From an uncultured delta proteobacterium (GTDB lineage: Bacteria > Desulfobacterota > RBG-13-43-22): DNA of 64,000 nucleotides. The stretch spans positions 117,477 to 181,476 of the forward strand of contig CAVUPH010000010.1 of the NCBI GenBank assembly GCA_963743305.1, written 5' to 3'. Numbering within the stretch: the stretch's first letter is position 1; every line of letters starts with the position of its first letter. The notes below the pieces were generated by a model, which ran no database searches, was not told where the DNA came from, and saw only the letters and a program-made list of their open reading frames with translations. This document shows positions 21,730 to 32,981 of the stretch, in pieces. A program made the position numbers and the translations under genes.

Positions 21730-22989
21730 TTACCCGCACCCGGTGCCGGTCCCGCTGCACTGTTGGCCGATTCCACAGCGCCCCGGTGTACGCAAAAGTA
21801 TTTTGGGTATCTCTTTATCCAACAGCGCCGCCTCCACCCCTTCAGCGGCCATTCCTTCCATCACCACTACCCGGATATCGGCCTGTTCCAGGACCTGTTG
21901 GGGGGAAGACCCTATACCGCTGACCAGGACGGAATTGCAATCGTGTAGCAAATTGACCATCTCCGCCCAACGCTCGGGGCCGTTTCCTGAGGAAGGTGTG
22001 AAACGTCGCTCCAGCAATTCACCTTTTGCGTCCCGAATCCCGAATATCCATAATTCCGTTGCCTCACCGAGATGCTGGTTGACGAAGATGCCCTCCCTGC
22101 TGGCCACTGCCGCATAAGGCCGACCACCCGCCATTTTGGGTTCCGCAGCCTTTTTCAGCAACTCCATTACTTCCTTGCCCTGGGGGTGTCCGATCAGCCC
22201 GGCGGCGTCGGCCCGGCAACGGTTGCAGTGTCCCATCAGCGGCATAAAGCGTTTAATTTTTTCTTTGATGGCCGCCATCTCGGCTACCGACGGAGATTTT
22301 TTGTCCGCAAAAGGAGTCCCGGCTACAGGGTAAAGGGGTATGCCATTCATGATATCGGCTTTCAAGTCCGCCATGGTTCGGGCGACGGCCTCGACATGAC
22401 CGTCATTGATACCGGGGATGATCACCGTGTTGATCTTCACCACAATCCCCCTGTCCTTGAGGAGTTTTATACCCTCAAGCTGTTTTTCCAGGATGATCCG
22501 AGCGGCATCCAAGCCCCGGTACATCTTCTGGTTTACCCTGGCCCAGTCGTAGATAGGACGGCTGATTTCCGGGTCCACGGCATTGACCGTGACCGTTACG
22601 TGGCTGATCTTTAATGTTTCCAGATCGTCAAGGTAGTCGGCCAGGGCCAGCCCATTGGTGGCCAGGCAGAGCATCATCTCCGGATGTCTTTTCCGGACCA
22701 ACCGCAGGGTCTCGACGGTCTCCTTCCCGTTGGCGAAGGGATCACCGGGTCCGGCAATACCGACGACGGCGATGTTTTCGATCTTTGCTAAAACCGCGTC
22801 CAGATAATCGGCCGCCTGCCGAGGCGTCAGAACGGTCCTGGTCACACCGGGCCGGGATTCGTTGACGCATTCAAAATCCCGGTTGCAATAATTGCATTGC
22901 ATATTGCATTTCGGCGCCACCGGCAGGTGGATCCTTCCATATTTATGCTTGGCCCCCTCGCTGAAACAGGGATGATGTTCGAAATTCAT
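21730..22989 (-). CDS. nifB: FeMo-cofactor biosynthesis radical SAM protein with C-terminal NifX-like domain
   Basis: HPC, RIHLPVAPKCNMQCNYC, ECVNESRPG, GIAGPGDP, CNRCRADA, VNQHLG. Confidence 0.95.
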   Translation of the reverse strand: MNFEHHPCFSEGAKHKYGRIHLPVAPKCNMQCNYCNRDFECVNESRPGVTRTVLTPRQAADYLDAVLAKIENIAVVGIAGPGDPFANGKETVETLRLVRKRHPEMMLCLATNGLALADYLDDLETLKISHVTVTVNAVDPEISRPIYDWARVNQKMYRGLDAARIILEKQLEGIKLLKDRGIVVKINTVIIPGINDGHVEAVARTMADLKADIMNGIPLYPVAGTPFADKKSPSVAEMAAIKEKIKRFMPLMGHCNRCRADAAGLIGHPQGKEVMELLKKAAEPKMAGGRPYAAVASREGIFVNQHLGEATELWIFGIRDAKGELLERRFTPSSGNGPERWAEMVNLLHDCNSVLVSGIGSSPQQVLEQADIRVVVMEGMAAEGVEAALLDKEIPKILLRTPGRCGIGQQCSGTGTGCG

Positions 22990-23000
22990 TAGCACCTCCA

Positions 23001-24392
23001 TCAAATGTAACTGTATCCCACTGCTGAACGTTCTTGGCTCGTTTCAATCAGGGCATTGACCACCCGGTCGAAGAGCTGCTGGGCGCCCCGATAGCCCAGA
23101 TGAAGGATGCGCTGCCCGCCGATTCGGTCATGGATGGGAAAGCCCACTCGCACTAAGGGAACTCCGAGTTTCCTGGAGAGAAAATAGCCTTTACTGTGAC
23201 CCAGGACGAAATCGACCCCGAGGCCTTGGCAGGTCTCCAGCATGGTGGCAAAATCGGTATCTTCGCAGATCAAAGGTTCTTCCCGCCAATTCTTAAGACC
23301 GGACCGGACGGCCTCCTTAAATTTTCCGGTGCAGGCCCCGGTGGCGCACAAGACGGGAACAATACCGATTTCGTCGAGCCAGAAGGCCAGGGCCGCCACA
23401 AAATCCGCTTCTCCATAAACCACCGCCCGTTTCCCGAAGACATACTTATGTCCGTCAATATAGGCGTCGATCAAACGGCCCCGTTCTTTTTCGTATTTTT
23501 GGGGCAGGGTCGCCCCGGACACTTCCTGAAGGGTCTTCAAAAATATATCCGTCTCCCTGATGCCCACTGGGATCCCCAGGGTCATGGCCGGCACTTTAAA
23601 TTTTTCTTCCAAAAAGGCCGCTCCGGTTTTAAGCCCCTTAAGGCTATTCCCGAATTCGATTGTGGCCTGGGCCCGGCCCATATCTCTGATGGCCTTAATC
23701 GGCGTACCGCCTGCGGAAAGCTTTTGGTATTCGGCCCACGATTCTCCGTCCAGGGTCTCCGAGTAATCCGGAAGCAGGGTAAAGGCCAGGCCGAAATCAC
23801 TCAGGATCTCTTTGAGATGGCGCAGATCCTCGGCCGAGAGAAAACCGGGCAGGATATTGATATTTTTGCCCCGGGGTCCGCCGGCGGCCAGGGCCTTGAC
23901 GGTGGCCCGCACGGCCTCCTGAAAACCCTCCAGGTGAGTCCCCCGATAACTAGGGGTAGAGGCAGGGATGAGGACTGGGAGGTCTTGGCCTTTTTTCTCT
24001 TTGACGTACTCGTTGAGATAAAGACCGACGTCATCCCCGATCGTCTCCGAGAGGCAGGTCGTGGCGATCCCAATGGCTTCGGGGCGATATTGCCGAATGA
24101 GGTTGTCCAGGGCTTTCTTCAGATTATCGCCGCCGCCGAAGATGGCACTCTGTTCGCTGAAGTTGGAGGAGGCGATATCAATCGGCTCCTTAAAATGGCT
24201 GATGACATACCGCCGAATATAGGTGGAGCAGCCCTGAGAGCCATGGATCAAGGGGATGCAGCCCTCTATACCTCTGAAGGCGATGCCGGCCCCTAGGGGG
24301 GCGCATAGTTTGCAGGCATTCCGCGTGGCCGTAAAGTTCCGCGAGATTATCTCAGGATAGGACGACTCTTTTGTTTCTTTCACTTCTATCAT
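23001..24392 (-). CDS. nifN: FeMo-cofactor scaffold beta subunit
   Basis: NACKLCAPLG, HGSQGCSTY, TTCLSETIGDD; lies after nifE. Confidence 0.88.
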   Translation of the reverse strand: MIEVKETKESSYPEIISRNFTATRNACKLCAPLGAGIAFRGIEGCIPLIHGSQGCSTYIRRYVISHFKEPIDIASSNFSEQSAIFGGGDNLKKALDNLIRQYRPEAIGIATTCLSETIGDDVGLYLNEYVKEKKGQDLPVLIPASTPSYRGTHLEGFQEAVRATVKALAAGGPRGKNINILPGFLSAEDLRHLKEILSDFGLAFTLLPDYSETLDGESWAEYQKLSAGGTPIKAIRDMGRAQATIEFGNSLKGLKTGAAFLEEKFKVPAMTLGIPVGIRETDIFLKTLQEVSGATLPQKYEKERGRLIDAYIDGHKYVFGKRAVVYGEADFVAALAFWLDEIGIVPVLCATGACTGKFKEAVRSGLKNWREEPLICEDTDFATMLETCQGLGVDFVLGHSKGYFLSRKLGVPLVRVGFPIHDRIGGQRILHLGYRGAQQLFDRVVNALIETSQERSAVGYSYI

Positions 24393-25762
24393 CTTCCACC
24401 TTCCTTAAGGATGACCGCTTTTGCCGGGCCGGAGAAAATTGCCAGACCGGACTCATTATGGAGCCATAGACTTCCCGGCAAAAATGGAGCATGCCTTCAA
24501 ACCCGGCCAGGGCTATCTTTCGTTCATGGTTATGGTCGCAGAAGGCCGACCCCCATTTTATAGGCGATGGGCCTTTCCTTGACGCCGCCGATCAGGAGAT
24601 CGACGTCCTTTTCCATCATGAACCGCGACAATTCCAGCGGATTGGTATCATCGACGATGATGGTGCCTTCGTCACATATTTCCTTCAGATATTCATAATC
24701 TTCCGGGTTGCCGGTCTGGGAGCCGACGATGGCCGTCTGGATGCCCAGGTGGCGCAGGGCCTTGACCAAGGAGAAGGCCTTGAAAGAACCGCCCACGTAA
24801 ATGGCCGCCCTTTTCCCCTCCAGGGCCTTCCGGTAGCGCTGCACCTCGGGATAGATGCGGTTTACTTCGGTTCTGACCAGTTCTTCCGTCTTTCGCATCA
24901 CTGTAGGATCGTTAAAATGACGGGCCACGCTGTAGAGGGCCTCGGCCGTGTCCTCGATGCCGAAATAGGAGACCCTCTTGAAGGGAATGCCGTACGTCTC
25001 TTCCATCATCTTGGCCAGTTGGGTCATGGACCCGGAACACTGGACCACGTTGAGACCGGCCCGATGGGAGGCCCGTATTTCATCCACTCGGCCGTCCCCG
25101 GTGATACAGGAGATGACCTGTATCCCCATCTGCCGGTAATATTCTTTAATCAGCCAGGTCTCTCCGGCCAGGTTAAAGTCCCCCAGGATGTTGATGCTCA
25201 GAGGCAGCCTGGGCTGCTCACCGCCTTCGCCGACCAGTCGGAAGAGGGCCTCACAGGCGGCCCGGTAGCCGTCCTTTTTGGTCCCCCGGAACCCTTCCGA
25301 ATGTACCGGGATGACCGGAATACCCTGCTCAGCCTGCACCCTTTTACAGACCGCCTGGACGTCGTCGCCGATCAGTCCGATGATACAGGTGGCATAGACG
25401 AAAGCCGCCTTAGGGGCATAGGTCGTGATCAGTTCCGTCAGGGCGGCATACAGCTTCTTCTCCCCGCCGTAAATGACTTCTTCCTCCCGGAGGTCCGTGG
25501 AAAAGCTCAACCGATGGAGTTCCGGGCCGGAGGAAAGAGAACCTCGGATGTCCCAGGTATAGGCCGCGCAACCCACCGGGCCATGGACCAGGTGGAGGGC
25601 GTCGGCTATGGGATAAAGGACCACCCGGGAGCCGCAAAAGACGCAGGCCCGCTGGCTCACGGAGCCGGCCAGACTGGCTTTTTCACACACAATGCTCCGG
25701 TCTGCCTCTTCCGCCCCTTTTTGAAACACCTGGTTTCTTCTCTCCTTAAGAATTTCAATCAT
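24352..25762 (-). CDS. nifE: FeMo-cofactor scaffold alpha subunit; one frameshift near 24544
   Basis: SQRACVFCG, HGPVGC, TCIIGLIGDD, VQCSGS; C-terminus FCDHNHERK..AGFEG..SPVW restored by removing one C. Confidence 0.92.
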
Positions 25763-25797
25763 TTTTCTTTCCTTTATCCTCGATCTTGGTGTTCTTC

Positions 25798-27174
25798 TTA
25801 CATCACCAATTCAAAGCTCTCCTCGGGCGCATCGCGGTCCTGCCTGTCCAGGAGGGCATTGAGTATCTTTTCCAGGAGCCGCAGGGCCCCACGGTATCCG
25901 GTAATCGGAAAATACTGGTGCCCCACCCGGTCGTAGATGGGGAAGCCGAAGCGGACCAGGGGGATGTCTTCATCCCGGGCTATATACTTGACATAGGTAT
26001 TACCGAAGAGGAGGTCCGGTCTCTCCTTTTTGACGAGTTGATGGAACTGAAACATATCCACACCCAGACCCTCTTTGACCACAGCGTTCTCTCCGACAAA
26101 CTCCCGGATACGCCGCACAAACTTCGGCCCGGCCGGGGTTCCCGTAACGATGAGACGCACGTCCATATCCAAATCGGTCAGAAATTGAGCCAGCGATATC
26201 AGGTGGTCCGGGTCACCGATCAGGGCCGCTTTTTTTCCGTAGAAATATTGGTGCATATCGGTCAGCACATCGACCACCTGGCCCCGCTCCACCATGAGGG
26301 TCTCCGGTACGTTGACCCCGGCCGTTTTCCTCAATAGATCGACAAAGCTATCGGTGGCCCGCAACCCGATCGGCAGATCCAGGCACTCGAAGGGGACCTT
26401 GCACTTCGTATCCAGGAGTTTGGCTGCCGGGAGCGAAGCGGTCCTTCCCAAGGCCAGGGTAAAAGAATTGTCGCCGGCGCTCTTGATCTCTTTCGTCGTG
26501 GCGCCTCCTTTGGGAAATAGGTGGAACTTGCCATCCAAAGGACCGTTCACCACCCCGGAGGTGTCGGGAAACAGCAGGGCCTTAACCCCCATTTCCGCGG
26601 CGATCCGTCTGATTTCGGCCATATCGGAAGGTTCCACATAACCCGGAATGATGTTGAGCTGATGGGTCTTTTTCCCCGTCTGTTCCGCCAGATACTGGAC
26701 CATGGCCGCAGTCATGTTGGCAAAACCGGTTACGTGGGAGCCCTTGAAACTGGGGGTGTTGGCGTGGATGACCGTTTTCCCCGTGGGTATCTTTCCGTCG
26801 GCCCGGGCCTTGTTGATGATCTGGGGCAGATCGTCGCCGATGACCTCTGATAGACAGGTGGTATTGACGGCAATCACTTCCGGGTTGTAGAGGGTAAAGA
26901 TATTGTTGATCGATTCCACCAGATTGGCCTGGCCGCCGAAAACGGAGGCCCCTTCCGTGAAGGAACTGGTCGTGGCCATGATGGGGTCCTTATAATGCCG
27001 GGTCAGGGCGCTGCGATGGTAGGCGCAGCACCCTTGCGACCCATGACTATGGGGAAGACAATTATGGATGCCCAGGGCCGCGTACATGGCCCCCACGGGC
27101 TGACAGGTTTTGGCCGGGTTGACGGTCAAAGCCGTTCTTTCCGTCAGGGCTTCCGGTGTATGTCGCAACAGCAT
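25798..27174 (-). CDS. nifK: Nitrogenase MoFe protein beta chain
   Basis: NPAKTCQP, HGSQGCCAYHR, TTCLSEVIGDD. Confidence 0.95.
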   Translation of the reverse strand: MLLRHTPEALTERTALTVNPAKTCQPVGAMYAALGIHNCLPHSHGSQGCCAYHRSALTRHYKDPIMATTSSFTEGASVFGGQANLVESINNIFTLYNPEVIAVNTTCLSEVIGDDLPQIINKARADGKIPTGKTVIHANTPSFKGSHVTGFANMTAAMVQYLAEQTGKKTHQLNIIPGYVEPSDMAEIRRIAAEMGVKALLFPDTSGVVNGPLDGKFHLFPKGGATTKEIKSAGDNSFTLALGRTASLPAAKLLDTKCKVPFECLDLPIGLRATDSFVDLLRKTAGVNVPETLMVERGQVVDVLTDMHQYFYGKKAALIGDPDHLISLAQFLTDLDMDVRLIVTGTPAGPKFVRRIREFVGENAVVKEGLGVDMFQFHQLVKKERPDLLFGNTYVKYIARDEDIPLVRFGFPIYDRVGHQYFPITGYRGALRLLEKILNALLDRQDRDAPEESFELVM

Positions 27175-27189
27175 AACGTTCTCCTTTTC

Positions 27190-28842
27190 TTATTCATTCC
27201 ATCCGTAGGAGCCGGCCAGCTCGGGGTTTTCCTGCCACGGGGCCTTGACCAATCGAAAAACCTTGGAATTGACCATTCGATCCATTTCCCGATAAAAATT
27301 GACGGCCCCCTGGAAACCGGCATACGGCCCGCTGTAATCGTAGCTGTGGAGCTGTTTCAGCGGAATACCGGCCTTCTGAACGACATATTTTTCTTTGATA
27401 CCGGCGCAGAAAATATCCGGTTTGTATTTCTCAATGAGCACTTCGGTTTCGTAATGGTTCAGGTCATCGATCACCAGGCTGTTGTCGGCCATGAGCGGCA
27501 TCATCCCCTCATACTCATTAAACCGGATGCCCTCCTGACGAAGCCTATCGATCTCGGCCGAGTCTTTCCGCGGCCGGAAGCGGAGATCGTCGGGCCCGAC
27601 GGTCAATTCCTCGATATTGCGCGTATCGGCATCGACGGTAATATGGGGGATGACCTTCCGGCCTTCGTAATCATCCCGGTGGGCGAATTCGTATCCCGCC
27701 GAAACGGTCCGCATGCCTATCTCCTTGAAAAGCTCCTGATAGTGATGGGCCCGGGAGCCGCCGACGAAAAGCATGGCCAGTTTCCCCTCACAGCGGGCCC
27801 TGACCTTCAGGCGGACCTTCTCCACCTCGGGCAGCTCTTCGGCGATCACCGTTTCCACCCTTTCCATCAGGGTCTGGTCACCGAAATAGGCGGCGATCTT
27901 GCGCAGGGATTTGGCCGTGGCCTGGGCTCCCACGAAATTGATCTTGAACCAGGGGATGCCGTAACGCTTCTCCATCATCTCGGCCAGGTAATTAATGGAC
28001 CGATGGCACATGACCACGTTCAGGTCGGCCGTATGGGCGCTGGCGAATTCGTCATATTCCGAATTACCGCTGAAGGTGGAGTGGACGGTGAGGCCGCATT
28101 TTTCGGTGATCCGCTCGATCTCAAAGGCGTCGCCTCCGATGTTATACTCGCCCAGGATATTAAGCCGGAAGGCCCCCTCCTTCGGGGCTTCGAGCTGACC
28201 CACGACGTCTGTGAAGACTTTATTGTTGGCGATATGATGGCCGGCCGATTGGCTCACCCCTTTATAACCTTCACAACTGAAACCGAAAATATTGACGCCT
28301 GGATATTTTTCTTCCATCTCCCGGGCCACGGCGTGCACATCGTCGCCGATGAGTCCCACGGGACAGGTGGAGAATATACCGATGGCCTTGGGGTGAAAGA
28401 GTTCAATCGCCTCCTGGACAGCCTTTTTCAGCTTTTTCTCGCCGCCGAAGATAATCTCTTCTTCCTGCATGTCGGTGGACAGGGCATAGGGCATATAATT
28501 CGGATCGGTCAGGGTTTTCGGCCTGGTCTGATTACGCCGGGTCAGCCAACTGTAAAAACCACAGCCGATAGGACCGTGGGTAATCTGCAGGATGTCCCGG
28601 GTGGGACCGAGGACCACTCCCTTGCACCCGGCATAGGCGCAGCCCCGCATGGACAGGATTCCGGGAATCGTCCGGGTATTGGCCTGAATTTCCGGCACCG
28701 CTTCTGCTGGCTCGACTTGGTTGATCACGATCTGTCTCGCGCGTTTGCGGGCAACTTTGACCGGATATTTTTTCAGGATTTCCTTTTTGACCTCTAAAGG
28801 ATCGATGGCCAGTATCTTGGCGGTGTCTGTGTTTGTGCTCAT
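27190..28842 (-). CDS. nifD: Nitrogenase MoFe protein alpha chain (clostridial/group II type with internal insertion)
   Basis: RGCAYAGCKG, HGPIGC, CEGYKGVSQSAGHH, MCHRS, GGSRAHH, GYEFAH, LHSYDYSGPY; start MSTNTD at 28842. Confidence 0.95.
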   Translation of the reverse strand: MSTNTDTAKILAIDPLEVKKEILKKYPVKVARKRARQIVINQVEPAEAVPEIQANTRTIPGILSMRGCAYAGCKGVVLGPTRDILQITHGPIGCGFYSWLTRRNQTRPKTLTDPNYMPYALSTDMQEEEIIFGGEKKLKKAVQEAIELFHPKAIGIFSTCPVGLIGDDVHAVAREMEEKYPGVNIFGFSCEGYKGVSQSAGHHIANNKVFTDVVGQLEAPKEGAFRLNILGEYNIGGDAFEIERITEKCGLTVHSTFSGNSEYDEFASAHTADLNVVMCHRSINYLAEMMEKRYGIPWFKINFVGAQATAKSLRKIAAYFGDQTLMERVETVIAEELPEVEKVRLKVRARCEGKLAMLFVGGSRAHHYQELFKEIGMRTVSAGYEFAHRDDYEGRKVIPHITVDADTRNIEELTVGPDDLRFRPRKDSAEIDRLRQEGIRFNEYEGMMPLMADNSLVIDDLNHYETEVLIEKYKPDIFCAGIKEKYVVQKAGIPLKQLHSYDYSGPYAGFQGAVNFYREMDRMVNSKVFRLVKAPWQENPELAGSYGWNE

Positions 28843-28864
28843 AATTTTCTCTCCTTCAGCCTTT

Positions 28865-29245
28865 TCACCCTTCATCCAGGGCGTCATCACCGGTCTCCCC
28901 GGTCCGAAGGCGAACGACATCTAAAACGGGCAGGACAAAGATCTTGCCGTCCCCCGGCTTGTTGGTGCGATTCACGGAGACAATCGTGGAAACGGTTTTT
29001 TCAACCAGCTTATCGGGGACAATGATCGAGATCATCCTCTTGGGAATCAGCCGCTGGCTGTTTCCGAGTTGGGCAATGGCCTCTTCATAACCCTGCTCCG
29101 CCCCTTTAAGCAGGTCCAGGTCCACCAGGCCTTTGCCGCGGCCCAGGCATTCCCGGGCATGCATGGAGGATATGCCGGCTTCGACCAGAGACTTCTTGGT
29201 TTGGTTGACCTTATTCATCCGGATAACAGCCAGGACCTCTTTCAT
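28865..29245 (-). CDS. nifI2: Nitrogenase regulatory PII protein NifI2
   Basis: IRMNKVNQTK, GRGKG, RLIPKR, PGDGKIFV; between nifH and nifD. Confidence 0.92.
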   Translation of the reverse strand: MKEVLAVIRMNKVNQTKKSLVEAGISSMHARECLGRGKGLVDLDLLKGAEQGYEEAIAQLGNSQRLIPKRMISIIVPDKLVEKTVSTIVSVNRTNKPGDGKIFVLPVLDVVRLRTGETGDDALDEG

Positions 29246-29595
29246 AGCGTAACCTCCTCCGATCCTGCCGTCGTCTCCTTGATTCCCGAGCTGACGGTGT
29301 AGACTTCATCTACCGGCGACACGAAAATTTTGCCGTCTCCGAAAGCCCCCTTGTCGCCGGTCCGGGCGGCGCTGAGGACGGTTTTGATTACCAGGTCCTT
29401 ATCGGCCTCCGGAACGACCATCAGCAACAATTCCTTGGGTATTTCATCGTAGGTAATGTCGCCGATTTTGATGCCCCGCTGCTTGCCGCGGCCGGAAACA
29501 CTCATCCGGGTTACGGCCGGAAAACCTTCGGCCATCAAATGCTCCAGAACGGTATCCACTCTCTCCGGCCTGACTATGGCTCTAATCATCAACAT
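29242..29595 (-). CDS. nifI1: Nitrogenase regulatory PII protein NifI1
   Basis: MIRAIVRPE, GRGKQRG..YDEIPK, GAFGDGKIFVSPV. Confidence 0.92.
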   Translation of the reverse strand: MLMIRAIVRPERVDTVLEHLMAEGFPAVTRMSVSGRGKQRGIKIGDITYDEIPKELLLMVVPEADKDLVIKTVLSAARTGDKGAFGDGKIFVSPVDEVYTVSSGIKETTAGSEEVTL

Positions 29596-29632
29596 GGTTG
29601 TTCCTCCTTCTTTACCGGCATCCTGTGCCTGA

Positions 29633-30479
<847 letters not shown>

Positions 30480-30501
30480 TCATTCAGTCGTAACGTTATA
30501 A

Positions 30502-30517
30502 GGCAAGTTAGATGCCA
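30502..30517 (-). promoter_or_regulatory. Sigma54 promoter of the nif operon
   Basis: Minus strand TGGCAT-CTAAC-TTGCC, about 45 nt upstream of nifH. Confidence 0.8.
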
Positions 30518-30913
30518 ACAGGTAAATGTGCGAGGGCCAGGGCTGGGGATAAAAGGAAAACCCGTTTGAAAACCAAGGGGATGAGGGTGATTCTTTTTTT
30601 AAAGGAGATGGTTCGGAAAGCAATCACGACACCGATGCCGCCGAGGTGAAAGCCACCTGGAAGTAGGATTTTCGTTCAGAGGCCACCGAATGGTAGGGCT
30701 TTGATATTTAGGCTAGGAATGATTGGGATGTTGGAGTGAGGGGTGGATCAACGCTATCGGTGTTTATAGGGTTATTATCGCGGCCGGTAGAGGATAACAA
30801 TAACACCGTCCGGGGAAATAACCCCTCCGATGAGGTCAAATCGATCCAGTGGAATTTTTGCGACTTGCCAATCCAAGAATAAGGAATTCGCCCTCAAACA
30901 AACTAAAAACCAT

Positions 30914-32458
30914 TCATTTAAATTGTCTGGGCTCGATTCCGTATTTGGCGACTCGCAGCCCAATCATCCGCTCGGTCATACCCAAGGCGCGGGCGGCCTT
31001 GGCCAGGTTGCCCCGGGAACGTTTCAATTCTTCAGCGAGGATTTCCTTTTCCATACCGTGGATCATCGCCTTGAACGAACCGCCGCTCCCCCCGCCCCCG
31101 TTCGAGTCGCTCCGCTGCAGGTTCGGCGGGAGAAGATAGCCGTGAATAACGCCATCAGTGCATAAAATAGTCGCCCGTTCCAGGCAGTTTTCCAACTCCC
31201 GCACATTACCCGGCCAGTGATAGTTCATCAACATGTCGGTGGCCGTCGTCGATATCCGGGTTATTTTCTTCCCGTGCTCCTTCCCGTATTTTTCTAGAAA
31301 ATAACTAGCCAGGAGCGTAATATCGGTCTTCCGTTGCCGCAGGGGCGGGACCATAATGGGAAAAGTGCTTAGCCGGTAATAGAGATCCTCCCGAAACTTC
31401 CCTTTTCCCATGAGTTCTTCCAGATTCCGGTTGGTGGCGGTAATGATGCGTACGTCAACCTTGAGGGTGGTGTTGCCGCCGATGCGCTCAAATTCCTTTT
31501 CCTGAAGGACGCGCAAGAGTTTGGTCTGGACCAAGGTGGGCAGGTCACCGATCTCGTCGAGAAAAATCGTTCCCTGGTGGGCCAGCTCAAAACGTCCCTG
31601 GCGAGCTCCGGTCGCGCCGGTGAAGGCCCCTTTCTCATGGCCGAATAGCTCGCTTTCCGCGAGCGATTCGGGAAGGACCGCACAATTGACTTTAATGAAA
31701 GGCTTATCGGCCCGGTTGGAGTTGTAATGAATGGCCTGGGCCACCCGCTCTTTACCCACCCCGCTTTCACCGAGGATCAACACCGTGGCGTTGGTCCGGC
31801 AGACCTGTTCGATCAGGGAATAGACGGTCTCCATGGCCTTGGAATTCCCCACGATGGTCTTCGGCTTATACCGGCTCTTCAACGCCTCCTGAAGACGCTG
31901 ATTTTCTTCCCTAACCTTTTCGAGCTCTTCCTGGGCCTGTTGACGCAACCGGACAGCTTGGGAAATACTGGAGGCAATGATGGCTAAAAGGCGGGCATCC
32001 TCTTCCAGGGCCTCTTTTTCAGTGGACAAACGGTCCGCCGAGAGGGTCCCGATCACCTCGCTTCCGATTTTTATGGGGACGCAGATAAAGGCGATGTCCC
32101 TCTTATCCAGTTTTCTTCTCGAACCGGTCCGGTCGAGGAAGAGAGGCTCTTCGGAAATTCTGGGAATAATGGCCGGTTGTCCGGTCTCGAAGACCTTGCC
32201 GGTGATCCCTTCTCCCCGGCGATACTTGCCCTTGGCCTGTTCCTCCGGCCGCAGGCCGTAGGCCTCTTCAATGACGATTTCCCCTTTCTTCCGGTTCAGA
32301 ATGGTCAGGGAGCTCCGGAGGAGACCCAGGTACTCCGTGGTCATTTGGAGGATGGGTTGCAGGACCGTCTGCAGGTCGAGGGCCTCGCTCAACTTGGTGC
32401 TGATATCAAAAAGGAGCGTGAGCTCTTTTATTTCGCGTAATGCTTTTGTCTCCGGCAT
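30914..32458 (-). CDS. nifA: NifA-like sigma54 activator (GAF-AAA+-HTH)
   Basis: N-terminal GAF (GEGITG, AFICVPI), [34 protein letters not shown]-terminal HTH; adjacent to nifH. Confidence 0.88.
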   Translation of the reverse strand: MPETKALREIKELTLLFDISTKLSEALDLQTVLQPILQMTTEYLGLLRSSLTILNRKKGEIVIEEAYGLRPEEQAKGKYRRGEGITGKVFETGQPAIIPRISEEPLFLDRTGSRRKLDKRDIAFICVPIKIGSEVIGTLSADRLSTEKEALEEDARLLAIIASSISQAVRLRQQAQEELEKVREENQRLQEALKSRYKPKTIVGNSKAMETVYSLIEQVCRTNATVLILGESGVGKERVAQAIHYNSNRADKPFIKVNCAVLPESLAESELFGHEKGAFTGATGARQGRFELAHQGTIFLDEIGDLPTLVQTKLLRVLQEKEFERIGGNTTLKVDVRIITATNRNLEELMGKGKFREDLYYRLSTFPIMVPPLRQRKTDITLLASYFLEKYGKEHGKKITRISTTATDMLMNYHWPGNVRELENCLERATILCTDGVIHGYLLPPNLQRSDSNGGGGSGGSFKAMIHGMEKEILAEELKRSRGNLAKAARALGMTERMIGLRVAKYGIEPRQFK

Positions 32459-32468
32459 CCGCGCCCCT

Positions 32469-32843
32469 TCAGGTTCCTCCCCCTAAACCGGGATATTCGG
32501 CGCCTCCCAAGGTTTCAAGGGAAATCACCTCTTCAACGGGCAGAACAGAAATCCAAGTCTCTCGGTCCCGGTGGGCCCCATCGGCTTCTTGGATGGCTTC
32601 TATGACCTCCCGGGCCATTTCCTGATCCACCACCATTTCAAGCCTAATGGCGGATAAATAGTCTGTCGCCCGTTCCTTTCCCCGGAAGATCATCGCCGGA
32701 CCTTTTTGTGGGGCGAAATCGTTGCATGAAGAAATGATCACCCCTTTAATGCCCAATTCCTCCAGGGCGACTTGGACTTCATCCAGATGAAAGGAATCGA
32801 TCAAGGCTTTTATTTTTTTGAACATGACCTTCTCCCGGTCCAA
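32469..32843 (-). CDS. Divergent PII-like protein
   Basis: KKIKALI..FHLDEV..AL..LGIKG and VLPVEEVI recognisable; T-loop Tyr and B-loop motifs lost. Confidence 0.75.
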   Translation of the reverse strand: MDREKVMFKKIKALIDSFHLDEVQVALEELGIKGVIISSCNDFAPQKGPAMIFRGKERATDYLSAIRLEMVVDQEMAREVIEAIQEADGAHRDRETWISVLPVEEVISLETLGGAEYPGLGGGT

Positions 32844-32918
32844 TCGTCGGCCCTGTTAATTATCGCTAAAAATGTCGTTTTTTCTTTAGGATTCAAGTCG
32901 AAAGGCTTGGTTGAGATA

Positions 32919-32965
32919 GGCCAGACCCCGGTCCGGTTTTTAAACGGAATTTCCAGGGTCTGGCC
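32919..32965 (-). terminator. Stem-loop between the outer-membrane gene and the PII-like gene
   Basis: ggccagaccc...gggtctggcc inverted repeat. Confidence 0.45.
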
Positions 32966-32981
32966 TTCGGTGCTGTCTCCT

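Noticed and set aside
21695-21730. GTTRRRY-like heptamers after nifB (and near 39240) as integron attC sites
   Set aside because: No paired inverse core or attC hairpin, no cassette array and no integrase; these look like short degenerate 7-mer repeats.
23196-28797. Long plus-strand ORFs (366, 481 and 600 aa) opposite nifN, nifE and nifD
   Set aside because: Antisense shadows of GC-biased coding sequence with no recognisable motifs. The same applies to most other plus-strand ORFs in 1-47 kb.
25798-28842. Alternative (V/Fe) nitrogenase or Nif-like reductase
   Set aside because: There is no vnfG/anfG between D and K, NifD has the Mo-type ligand context (CHRS, YEFAH, HSYDY), and nifEN are present.
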